This document shows positions 1 through 8,223 of a stretch of DNA of 64,000 nucleotides, in pieces (position 1 is the stretch's first letter; every line of letters begins with the position of its first letter). The stretch lies in IMG/VR virus record IMGVR_UViG_3300027747_002638; one strand, given 5' to 3'. This stretch comes from a virus. Position numbers and translations under genes: made by a program. Below the pieces are notes generated by a model. That model saw only the letters and a list, made by a program, of their open reading frames with translations. It had not been told where the DNA came from and searched no databases.

Positions 1-1
1 A

Positions 2-139
2 ATATACAATCTTTTTGATGACAAAAAAAGTAAAGATAAAGGAATATGCACTTTTAAATTTGGAAGAGAAGATATCATGCGAAATGACATATTAGCTTAT
101 ATTATCGAAAGATTTGAAGAGTTAGATGGGAATAAGTAA
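2..139 (+). CDS. phoH: PhoH-family protein, C-terminal fragment (5' truncated by window)
   Basis: Frame 2 reads IYNLFDDKKSKDKGICTFKFGREDIMRNDILAYIIERFEELDGNK*; F-x-x-E-D-I-x-R resembles the PhoH C-terminus. Confidence 0.6.
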   Translation: MYNLFDDKKSKDKGICTFKFGREDIMRNDILAYIIERFEELDGNK

Positions 140-173
140 GATATAAATATCATTTTATATTTTTAAATTTAAG

Positions 174-179
174 GTGTAA
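174..179 (+). promoter_or_regulatory. GTGTAA putative late promoter
   Basis: Recurrent hexamer, 9 nt before ATG 189. Confidence 0.7.
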
Positions 180-188
180 TATTCTTAT

Positions 189-755
189 ATGGCAAATATT
201 CAAGATCCAGAATTTAATAAAAATGTATCCATGGTTTATACAGAAGAGCCAGGATTTACAGGATACAAAGGTTTAGATTTTACAAAATTAGATAATATTG
301 AAGAAATACTCCAAGAATCAATATCTACAGGCTCAAAAAGTACAAATGCTTATTTAAGCGGAATCAATGCAAAACTTTTTGTAACTGGAGATAATTTCCC
401 ATTAGGAGTTAAAGGATTAATTGTTTATCAAGCAGATTTAAGTCCACAGTTTGATGGAGTTCAAACTTATCAAGAACAAAGTTCAAATATAAGTAATTAT
501 GGCCCAAGCGGAATTACTGGCACTATTATGCAAACTAATAGTTACAGAAGAGAACTTTATGTGCAAAATTTATCAACAGGCGCACTATATGTAAAATATG
601 GAGCAAATATAAGCCCAAATTCTTTTAATTTTATTTTAGCAAAAAATACAAACCTTAATGAAGGCGATGGTGGAAGTTTAAATGATCAAGGATACAATGG
701 AGAAGTTAGTGTTAGTGGTTTTAACGTAAGATATATTGCTTGGGAAAGATATTAA
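189..755 (+). CDS. Hypothetical, probable virion/late beta-rich protein
   Basis: 188-aa ORF; RRELYVQNLSTGALYVKYG beta-sandwich-like C-half; many S/T-G dipeptides; GTGTAA upstream. Confidence 0.55.
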   Translation: MANIQDPEFNKNVSMVYTEEPGFTGYKGLDFTKLDNIEEILQESISTGSKSTNAYLSGINAKLFVTGDNFPLGVKGLIVYQADLSPQFDGVQTYQEQSSNISNYGPSGITGTIMQTNSYRRELYVQNLSTGALYVKYGANISPNSFNFILAKNTNLNEGDGGSLNDQGYNGEVSVSGFNVRYIAWERY

Positions 756-778
756 TTTTTTTTTAAAAAAACTTTAAA

Positions 779-1966
779 TTAAGCTTTACCGTAAACTTCT
801 CCGCCCTTTGCAATCATAACATTCATTCCGCGGTTTTGAAAAGTAGAACCATTAAACGCTATATTATTTCCGCCTGGTACTGGACCAACTCTTACATTTG
901 ATCCATTACTAGCTCCAGTTTTAAAAGTTTGCGGTATAAAATTTGGAAGATTAATATCAGGAAGAGTAGGGCAGAAAAGAGGTCTGTCATAAACAGAATT
1001 AGCTTGTATAGATTTACAAATATTTCTTATTTTAACTGGATTAGCAGATCTTCCACCTGATCTATCAGCATATGGACCTTGAGCTTTAATTGGGTGTTGG
1101 CGTTCGAACATAGAACTTTTAGAAGGACCACCTCTGCTTCCTCCACCAACTCCAGATCCCATAGTTCCAGCTCCACCTGGACTTCCCATTCCTCTTCTTG
1201 GCATATTAGGAGTTCCACAAAATCCACCACCTTTTCGATTAGGTGTTCCACAAAATCCACCAGGAAAAGTTCCTCCTCCACCTCCAGGAGTTTTAGGTGC
1301 GCAAAAATTATATTGACCATTTGATCCTTTGTCGCCATTTAATTCTGGTTGAATTGTATTTTTAAGACCTATTTCCCAATTACTTAATTCAGTCAATGAA
1401 GTAGTTTTAGCATTTCTTCTTATAAGCCATTCAACGGTCCAATTTTGTTTACTAGAAGGTCTACTTGGCCTTGTTATTCCACTGCTATTAGCAACACCAC
1501 CTTGTATGCTAGGAAGAGTTGCATTAAAACTTCCACCACAAGATATTGGTCCAGGAGATCTTATAGGATTATATACTGGTAAAGTATAATTTACTCCTCC
1601 ATTAGCACCATTAGCAGCAAATGAACCTCCAGCAGTTGGGAACCCCCCGCAAATTTGTATATTTTTTGTTGTACCAGTTCCTCCATTAAAACAATCTACT
1701 ACTTTAGGATGATTATAAATTAAATTACTACCTAATTGATTAAAAAGTCCTTGTAAAGTTTTCTTAATGTCCACGGTAGAACATATATATTTTTTATCTG
1801 TAGCATTGTGTTTTACTTGTATAACGCCGCAACTTGGAATTTGATGAGTTGTTGCTGGTTTGCCTGGAGCTTGACCAGTTTTAGTTGCTTGAGCTTGATT
1901 AGCTGGAAGATTAAGACTATTCCAAGCTGGAGGTCTAGTCATTGGTGTTGGTAAACATGCTGGCAT
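779..1966 (-). CDS. Gly/Pro-rich protein with a degenerate GIY-YIG-like domain
   Basis: GVIQVKHNATDKKYICSTVDIKK and EIGLKNTIQPELN resemble GIY-YIG motifs; low-complexity inserts; GTGTAA 8 nt upstream. Confidence 0.5.
   Translation of the reverse strand: MPACLPTPMTRPPAWNSLNLPANQAQATKTGQAPGKPATTHQIPSCGVIQVKHNATDKKYICSTVDIKKTLQGLFNQLGSNLIYNHPKVVDCFNGGTGTTKNIQICGGFPTAGGSFAANGANGGVNYTLPVYNPIRSPGPISCGGSFNATLPSIQGGVANSSGITRPSRPSSKQNWTVEWLIRRNAKTTSLTELSNWEIGLKNTIQPELNGDKGSNGQYNFCAPKTPGGGGGTFPGGFCGTPNRKGGGFCGTPNMPRRGMGSPGGAGTMGSGVGGGSRGGPSKSSMFERQHPIKAQGPYADRSGGRSANPVKIRNICKSIQANSVYDRPLFCPTLPDINLPNFIPQTFKTGASNGSNVRVGPVPGGNNIAFNGSTFQNRGMNVMIAKGGEVYGKA
1207..1262. repeat. Short imperfect direct repeat encoding GGFCGTPN twice (minus strand)
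   Basis: ttaggagttccacaaaatccacca and ttaggtgttccacaaaatccacca. Confidence 0.75.
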
Positions 1967-1974
1967 ACTAACTA

Positions 1975-1980
1975 TTACAC
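1975..1980 (-). promoter_or_regulatory. GTGTAA putative late promoter
   Basis: TTACAC, 8 nt from the ATG at 1966. Confidence 0.7.
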
Positions 1981-2041
1981 AAATTATATTATATATATAA
2001 AAAAAAATATATTTTCTTTAAAAACAATAAAATCTTATAAA

Positions 2042-2047
2042 GTGTAA
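2042..2047 (+). promoter_or_regulatory. GTGTAA putative late promoter
   Basis: 11 nt before ATG 2059; divergent from the 1975 copy. Confidence 0.65.
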
Positions 2048-2058
2048 TATGCTATTGA

Positions 2059-2502
2059 ATGATTATTAAAAACTCAAAGCAATTATTAAATTCTAAAAAA
2101 GGAATAAATTTATATATTCCTACAAGGAAAAGATCCGCACCAAGAATAGGCAGCGATAACCCAGCGAATGCAGCAGAACCTGACGCAACAGCATGGGTGT
2201 TGATGGATGGCCCTTTCTATAACACCGCAGGAAATCCTAGTTCTGGATTTATTGGTGGACAGAGCTGGAGAAAGATGCAACCAGGCGCCGCTGTAAATGG
2301 CCGAGCATCATACAGCTATGGAGATGAGGGTGTAAATTGGACTGGAACTCAATGGCAATACACCAATACTAGTCTTGGAGTTATCGCCTCTTCTTTAAGT
2401 AATGTAGCTTTTCCATGGTTAGCAACATGGACTAATGGATATTCTGGAGCAAAGATTACTTCAAGCTATAACAAGACAACTAACTATCCAGCAGTACCTT
2501 AG
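2059..2502 (+). CDS. Hypothetical Trp-rich protein with basic N-terminus (possible virion decoration)
   Basis: 147-aa ORF; basic leader MIIKNSK...YIPTRKR; Trp/Gly-rich C-domain. Confidence 0.55.
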   Translation: MIIKNSKQLLNSKKGINLYIPTRKRSAPRIGSDNPANAAEPDATAWVLMDGPFYNTAGNPSSGFIGGQSWRKMQPGAAVNGRASYSYGDEGVNWTGTQWQYTNTSLGVIASSLSNVAFPWLATWTNGYSGAKITSSYNKTTNYPAVP

Positions 2503-2535
2503 AATTAAATAATTCAAATACTAATGGTTTTTAAA

Positions 2536-2541
2536 GTGTAA
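2536..2541 (+). promoter_or_regulatory. GTGTAA putative late promoter
   Basis: Intergenic; 12 nt before ATG 2554 (3 nt before ATG 2545). Confidence 0.65.
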
Positions 2542-2544
2542 CGA

Positions 2545-3570
2545 ATGTATAATATGGAAATTGATTTTACCAGCGATATTCAAGCAGCTAAAAAAGGCAA
2601 AGCACCACTTAATAAACCATTTAGACTTCCTTCTGGCAGTAAAAAGAAATTCGGTGTTTACGTTAAGAATGATAAAGGTAATATTGTAAAAGTTACTTTT
2701 GGCGATCCAAATATGTCTATTAAAAGAGATAATCCAGAAAGACGCAAAGCCTATAGAGCAAGACATGGCTGTGGTAATCCTGGCCCAAAATGGAAAGCAA
2801 ATTACTGGTCTTGTAAAATGTGGAGTGCAAAACCAGTTAGTAAAATTACCGCAAGTGAAGAAGAGATTACTTTAGAAGCAGAAATTCAAGGCAAGAATAA
2901 AGGTCTTTGGTATAACATTCAACAAAAGAAAAAAAGAATGGGCAAAAATTATCGTCCAGCAAAACCAGGATCTCCAGATCGTCCAAGTAAAGATGCATTT
3001 AAAAAAGCTCAAGCAGATGACTATACTAATCAAGATTATAACTGGGATGGAGAAACAGAATTTGATCAAAATCAATTTACTCAAGAAGATCCAACTTTAA
3101 ATGAAGTAGAAACAATGGACGAACATGACATGGAAGCTCTTGAAATGAGCGAAAGTCAATTATCAGCAATTGCAGATAAAGCAGAACAACTTCTTGAAGC
3201 GATGACTGATCCAGAAGTTGCAGACGATATATTAGAACCTTGGATTCAAAATAAATTAGCAATTCTTGATGATTATATGGCTACAATTTATGATTATATT
3301 ATGTATCCATCAAAAGAAGAAGAAATGCAAGATCAACAAAATCCAAATTTAAATCAAAATCAAGCATCTTCTATGTTCAAGGTTGGCGACAAAGTTAAAA
3401 ATATTAATGCTATGTGCAAGCATTATGGTAGTGAAGGTACAGTTAAAGAAATTCGTGATCTTCCTCAAGATATGGGTTATGCAGTTATATACGAATGCTC
3501 GAACAATGGCCCAACTTGGAAAATGGGAGATATGCTCGGTAAAACAGAAGTTCAATTAAAAAAGATATAA
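2545..3570 (+). CDS. Multi-module phage protein (basic ARHxC...YWSC domain, basic linker domain, acidic helical domain, SH3/KOW-like C-domain)
   Basis: VKVTFGDPNMSIK...RARHGC...ANYWSCKMW; GLWYNIQQKKKR; EPWIQNKL; FKVGDKVKN; start may be 2554. Confidence 0.65.
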   Translation: MYNMEIDFTSDIQAAKKGKAPLNKPFRLPSGSKKKFGVYVKNDKGNIVKVTFGDPNMSIKRDNPERRKAYRARHGCGNPGPKWKANYWSCKMWSAKPVSKITASEEEITLEAEIQGKNKGLWYNIQQKKKRMGKNYRPAKPGSPDRPSKDAFKKAQADDYTNQDYNWDGETEFDQNQFTQEDPTLNEVETMDEHDMEALEMSESQLSAIADKAEQLLEAMTDPEVADDILEPWIQNKLAILDDYMATIYDYIMYPSKEEEMQDQQNPNLNQNQASSMFKVGDKVKNINAMCKHYGSEGTVKEIRDLPQDMGYAVIYECSNNGPTWKMGDMLGKTEVQLKKI

Positions 3571-3574
3571 TCTT

Positions 3575-3955
3575 ATGTCAAATGAAGGTCTTATCTTTCC
3601 AAAACTTAATGAAAGACAAAAAGATCTCTATCTTAAAGTAATTACTAATTTACAAACTTATGGATATTTTGATAGAGGAATTAATTCTAATGGAATTCAA
3701 TATTTAAGCGCAGAACAAAATCCATTTAAAGCTCAAAATCTTGAATGTGAATATTGCGTATTCTATTATTTAGAAGGCAATAAACCAAGATGCGAATTAA
3801 TTCAAGGTGATATAGACAATGAAGGATGGTGTAAATTTTGGATAATTTCTGATGAAGATATCAGGAAAGAATCAGAAGCAGCTTTTAAAGTTTTAAATAA
3901 AAAAAATAAAACTATTGAAGTTACATATAGATTGGATGATAAACAAATTAAATAA
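3575..3955 (+). CDS. HiPIP-like 4Fe-4S protein
   Basis: Y...NP....CEYCVFY...CELIQGDIDNEGWCKFW matches HiPIP Cys spacing and the GWC motif. Confidence 0.6.
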   Translation: MSNEGLIFPKLNERQKDLYLKVITNLQTYGYFDRGINSNGIQYLSAEQNPFKAQNLECEYCVFYYLEGNKPRCELIQGDIDNEGWCKFWIISDEDIRKESEAAFKVLNKKNKTIEVTYRLDDKQIK

Positions 3956-4466
3956 ACTTTGGAATTGGAAATCGAAAACATTATCTGTTGGGTTAGCATT
4001 AATCGTATCTTGGATCGCTTGTTTAAAAATTGGATTTGAATTAAAAAAATATAACTCAATAACAAATCTTCCTAATTCTTGTTTTGTTGATTCAATGATC
4101 TATGCTTCTAGATGCAATCTTCTTTTAATAAGTAGTTCTGATACTTGGAATAGCGTTTATGGTTTTACATTTGGTTATAAAGACGATAAAGAAGCTATAC
4201 TTGGTCATGCAGTTTGTGTTTTTGAGTATAACAATAACTTATGGATGTACGATCCTAATTGGGGTACATCTCCTGTATGCAAAATTGGAGATAGAAAACA
4301 ATATAAAGAAAAAATAAAATTGTATATAAACAAAACTTACCCTATAATAGTAATAGAGGATTTTATGTTAAATGATTGGACATATGTTCAAAAAACAAAG
4401 AAAAATAAAATGAACAAAACTTATCAAGAGGTGTCTATACATTTAGATGAAAATAAGAAGGAGTAA
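3936..4466 (+). CDS. Membrane-anchored transglutaminase/papain-like Cys-His-Asp protein
   Basis: N-terminal TM LSVGLALIVSWIACL; PNSC, GHAVCVF, WMYDPNWG; ATG 3936 preferred over TTG 3915. Confidence 0.5.
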   Translation: MINKLNKLWNWKSKTLSVGLALIVSWIACLKIGFELKKYNSITNLPNSCFVDSMIYASRCNLLLISSSDTWNSVYGFTFGYKDDKEAILGHAVCVFEYNNNLWMYDPNWGTSPVCKIGDRKQYKEKIKLYINKTYPIIVIEDFMLNDWTYVQKTKKNKMNKTYQEVSIHLDENKKE

Positions 4467-4475
4467 ACTAATATC

Positions 4476-6488
4476 ATGAAAATAAACCTAACAAAAAGGT
4501 TACTAAAAAGCGCAGCCGCAAAATTAATTGCGGCTTTTTTAATGTCTGGAGCTGTCCAAGAATCTCAAGCAGTAGTGTTCTTATGGAATAATACTGGAAC
4601 AAATTGGACATCACCAACTAGCTGGACAAATGGAATACAACCTTCATCAACTAGTTCCAGTACTACCACAGATGAAATTCAGTTTGGTAATTATGGAGTA
4701 AGTAACAATACTGTTATATTAACTTCTACAAGGTCAGCAAGAAATATAACATTCTTAGCAAATGCAAATCCATATTTAATCAATAGCTTCAATGGTGCTC
4801 AAACATTATCTTCTAGTGGAGGTATTACAAATAATTCTACAGCAATTCAAACATTTAATATATTAATAGAAAACGCTAACGCAAGTAATACTTGGTTTCA
4901 AGCTGCAGGTGGCGCATTGGTATTTAATAATATAGCTTCACTAACCACTGCTGCTTCCACCACATCTAGAACTGTAACCTTAGCAGGGGATGGCTCATTC
5001 ATATTCAACAATGAACTTAGACAAGGACCTTTATCAACTGCTGGTAAAGTGATATATACAGGTAATGGCAGTGTTACATTTAATGGTAATAATACTTTAG
5101 GAGGAGGCTTTGATATAACAGGAGGCGGTACAGTCAATGTGAATGGTGGAACAGGACTAGGCACAGGCGCAATACTGCTTGGAGGCTCTAGCGGTACGAC
5201 TAACATGCCCATACTTAGAATTAATACAACAAATGGTTTATCTAATCTTAATAGTTTAAAAGGATCTACAAGTTTATCTACAATGGCAACATTAGATTTA
5301 TTAGGCAATGATTCAAATGCGGTTACTACTTTTCTTATGAATCAATATCAAGGCAATAATATGAATTTTACAAATCATGGTGGAGGTAAAACATTACTTG
5401 AATTTACTAATGCTGCTAATACATTAACTGCATCTGCTAATAATAGTGGAGGTAGAAGATTATTTAATCATAGCACAAATCTAGTTGTGCAATTTGATGG
5501 TACGTTAGATATTGGATCTACTACAGCTGACTATAGCGTTGTTGGAGGTGTTGGTGATTTTATTTTTAAAGGATCTCTTTTAAATACTGGCTCAGCTTTT
5601 AGAGGGCTTACAAAAACAGGATCAGGAAGATTAACTTTTGAAGCAGTTAATTCTTATAATGGAGATACAACTGTTCAAGAAGGGTTATTATTAGTTAATA
5701 CTAATGCTTCTATTGCATCAAGTTCTTCTATTGTTTCTGGTGGCACCTTACAAGTTAAAGGTATTGCTGGCGCAGTTAATGTTAGCAGCGGAAGTTTAAT
5801 TGTAGATACAATTGGTAGAGTTGGAAATACAACATTGGGTGGAGGTACTTTATTAGTTTCTGGAATTGCTGGTAATACTATAGTAAACTCTGGAACTGCT
5901 ACAGTAAATGCAGGAGGCGTAATTGGAAGTACAACGATCAATGGAAGTTTACTATCAGTAAATGGAAACGCAGGAGATGTTATAGTAAATACAGGAGGTA
6001 CATTAGGTGGCTCTGGTACTGTGCAAGGTCTAACTTTAAATGGTGGTATTGTGGCCCCTGGCAATAGCCCTGGTCTGCTTACTGCTTATGATTTAAATGG
6101 AAGCAACGGAACATTTGCATTCCAAATAGGCGCGCCCACTACTAGAGGAGTCACCTACGACGCTATCAATGTTACTAATTTATTAACTCTTGGATCAAAT
6201 TCAAATTTTACATTTGAAACATTAGATAATTATAGTTTCTCTAATGGAGATTCATATGACTTATTTAATTTTGGAAGTATTGATGCTACAAATTTTGATA
6301 TAACAAAACTAGATATTGCATTACCAACTTTAAATTCAACTGATCTAAGTTGGAATACTAGTTCATTTACAACAGATGGAATAGTTAGCGTTGTTGCTAA
6401 TGTTCCAGAACCATCTGCACTTCAATTATTTGGATTAGGTTTGATTTCTTTGCTCGCTTGTCATAGAATAAATAAAAGAAATGGATAA
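4476..6488 (+). CDS. PEP-CTERM sorted surface protein with autotransporter-associated beta-strand repeats
   Basis: Signal peptide ending ESQA; GLTKTGSGRLTFEAVNSYNGDTTVQEGLL repeat; GGTLGGSG...VAPGNSPG; C-terminal VPEPS + TM + basic tail; SD AAGGAG upstream. Confidence 0.9.
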   Translation: MKINLTKRLLKSAAAKLIAAFLMSGAVQESQAVVFLWNNTGTNWTSPTSWTNGIQPSSTSSSTTTDEIQFGNYGVSNNTVILTSTRSARNITFLANANPYLINSFNGAQTLSSSGGITNNSTAIQTFNILIENANASNTWFQAAGGALVFNNIASLTTAASTTSRTVTLAGDGSFIFNNELRQGPLSTAGKVIYTGNGSVTFNGNNTLGGGFDITGGGTVNVNGGTGLGTGAILLGGSSGTTNMPILRINTTNGLSNLNSLKGSTSLSTMATLDLLGNDSNAVTTFLMNQYQGNNMNFTNHGGGKTLLEFTNAANTLTASANNSGGRRLFNHSTNLVVQFDGTLDIGSTTADYSVVGGVGDFIFKGSLLNTGSAFRGLTKTGSGRLTFEAVNSYNGDTTVQEGLLLVNTNASIASSSSIVSGGTLQVKGIAGAVNVSSGSLIVDTIGRVGNTTLGGGTLLVSGIAGNTIVNSGTATVNAGGVIGSTTINGSLLSVNGNAGDVIVNTGGTLGGSGTVQGLTLNGGIVAPGNSPGLLTAYDLNGSNGTFAFQIGAPTTRGVTYDAINVTNLLTLGSNSNFTFETLDNYSFSNGDSYDLFNFGSIDATNFDITKLDIALPTLNSTDLSWNTSSFTTDGIVSVVANVPEPSALQLFGLGLISLLACHRINKRNG

Positions 6489-6750
6489 TCAATTGAGAAA
6501 CTTATTATTGAGTAATTACGAAAGAAGTCTTCCATCTAAAAGGGATACAGAAGATTTTATAAGTAATTTTAATCAATATAGAGCTAAAAAGAAAGCTCAA
6601 GAAAAAACACATTATGGATTACTTTTTGCTTGCATTTTAATATTAACTATGATAGGATCAATAGTAATGAAGCAAAATAAAAATAATTTAGATATTCAAA
6701 CTGCAGCTGGAGTTGAAAAATGCAATACGCAACTCATGGAAAAAAAGTAG
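6481..6750 (+). CDS. Small single-TM membrane protein
   Basis: TM YGLLFACILILTMIGSIV; overlaps upstream stop. Confidence 0.6.
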   Translation: MDNQLRNLLLSNYERSLPSKRDTEDFISNFNQYRAKKKAQEKTHYGLLFACILILTMIGSIVMKQNKNNLDIQTAAGVEKCNTQLMEKK

Positions 6751-6938
6751 TTTTCGAAGGAGATGTAAAAGAAGTCTCTAATTGGATAAATAAAAATGTT
6801 GGAGATCATCAAACAGTATCACTAAAAGAATATTTTCAAGATGATATTTTTGGAGTATATAAAAATGGCGAAGAAAATTATAGATACTATTATCAATGCT
6901 TGGGACATGGAAGATATTCTATTTTTATAATACAATGA
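6720..6938 (+). CDS. Hypothetical protein
   Basis: 72-aa ORF coupled to both neighbours. Confidence 0.55.
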   Translation: MQYATHGKKVVFEGDVKEVSNWINKNVGDHQTVSLKEYFQDDIFGVYKNGEENYRYYYQCLGHGRYSIFIIQ

Positions 6939-7177
6939 ATAATATAGAAATATATATTTGCAGTTTATTTACAGCAATAGCCCTATGGATATTAAGTCTC
7001 TATTTTAAAGATAATACAGTAGATGATAAAATGCGTATGGCTTTAAATGAACAACAAAGCAAAGCGGAAGACTTATATTATAATGAATTAGCAGTTAATC
7101 ATCCTTTTGTTATTATGAATACCAATAGTTCTTTAATTCAATTAAAAAAGAAAACAAATAAATTAGTATTAAAATGA
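6935..7177 (+). CDS. Small N-terminal-TM protein
   Basis: ATGA overlap at 6935; IYICSLFTAIALWILSLYF. Confidence 0.55.
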   Translation: MNNIEIYICSLFTAIALWILSLYFKDNTVDDKMRMALNEQQSKAEDLYYNELAVNHPFVIMNTNSSLIQLKKKTNKLVLK

Positions 7178-7488
7178 AATCTTTTATTAGATCAGAGTTG
7201 TTACTTTATTTTATGTTATTTCCAATAGGCGCAGTCTGTGCGTTTTTATATACAAAAAATGTTGGACCTATAAAGCAATATAATCTTGGTCTTGATTTTG
7301 AATATGTGCCAGTGGATGAAGGTTCATCTTTTATATGTAGAGCAGAGCCAATAGGCGAGAATAGTCAACCTTGGATATTGAGTTTACAACCAAAACCAAA
7401 ACCAGTTATAGACACAAACGAACATTATATATGTATAGGTTATATGAGAAAAAGAATAAGATTAAAAGCAAATTTATGCACAAATTAA
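7174..7488 (+). CDS. Small N-terminal-TM/secreted protein
   Basis: ATGA overlap; LLLYFMLFPIGAVCAFLY. Confidence 0.55.
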   Translation: MKSFIRSELLLYFMLFPIGAVCAFLYTKNVGPIKQYNLGLDFEYVPVDEGSSFICRAEPIGENSQPWILSLQPKPKPVIDTNEHYICIGYMRKRIRLKANLCTN

Positions 7489-7925
7489 TATATATACTAT
7501 TAGCCGCGATTTTAATTCAATCTTCTTATGCTGAAGATAAAATTAAAATATCAATCAGTAAAGATAAGAATGGTAAAATAACTCTAGTTAGTTCTGGACA
7601 TTCAGTTCCAATATCTTTTGATATTATGGGCAAAAGTTATGATATTCCAGCTGGCGGTGGATCAGTAGAAGTTGAATCAAAAGAATTAGAAAATAAAAAA
7701 GAAGAAGCTCCAAAAGAGCAAAAGAAAGATGAAGCGTCAGATTTAGCAAAAGAAGAAACTGCTGCTAATAATGATCAAGCTCAAAAGATGAAAGACTTCA
7801 ATCAAAACCAAGAACAACAACAGCAAAGTCAAAAAGTTCAACAAGCTATACAGCAACAGCAAAATGAAAAGAATGTTCCACCAGTAAATTCAAATCCAAA
7901 TCCTAAAGAAGCAACTCCTATTTAA
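7476..7925 (+). CDS. Secreted protein with signal peptide and Gln/Glu-rich tail
   Basis: MHKLIYILLAAILIQSSYA signal from ATG 7476 (preferred to 7371). Confidence 0.6.
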   Translation: MHKLIYILLAAILIQSSYAEDKIKISISKDKNGKITLVSSGHSVPISFDIMGKSYDIPAGGGSVEVESKELENKKEEAPKEQKKDEASDLAKEETAANNDQAQKMKDFNQNQEQQQQSQKVQQAIQQQQNEKNVPPVNSNPNPKEATPI

Positions 7926-7929
7926 TATG

Positions 7930-7935
7930 GTGTAA
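7930..7935 (+). promoter_or_regulatory. GTGTAA putative late promoter
   Basis: 8 nt before ATG 7944. Confidence 0.7.
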
Positions 7936-7943
7936 GCCCATAT

Positions 7944-8210
7944 ATGGTAATTAAAATTAAGAACTGGTGGAAAGATTTAAAATCTTATGATAGGTTTTTC
8001 TTTATCTCATTTGTGCCAGCGATGCTTTTCACGCTTTGGGGGCTAAGTGACCTTTATATTAATTACTTTGATTTATTAAGTAAAGAAGATCACCTTCAAT
8101 TCTTTCTGAGGTTTGCTTTTCCAATATCACTAGCCACCTTAATAACAGTTTTAGAACGCAACAAGAGAAGGAAGCTAATAAAAGATATCAAAACCTATTT
8201 AAATGACTAG
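7944..8210 (+). CDS. Two-TM membrane protein (holin-like topology possible)
   Basis: Two hydrophobic segments, basic C-tail RNKRRK, own GTGTAA. Confidence 0.5.
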   Translation: MVIKIKNWWKDLKSYDRFFFISFVPAMLFTLWGLSDLYINYFDLLSKEDHLQFFLRFAFPISLATLITVLERNKRRKLIKDIKTYLND

Positions 8211-8215
8211 TGTAA
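8210..8215 (+). promoter_or_regulatory. GTGTAA putative late promoter
   Basis: 8 nt before ATG 8224. Confidence 0.7.
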
Positions 8216-8223
8216 TATAGTTT

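Noticed and set aside
2330-3834. Intragenic GTGTAA copies (2330, 3829)
   Set aside because: No start codon at the characteristic spacing; consistent with chance occurrence
7944-8210. Firm holin call
   Set aside because: Topology fits, but no endolysin is adjacent and no family motif was recognised
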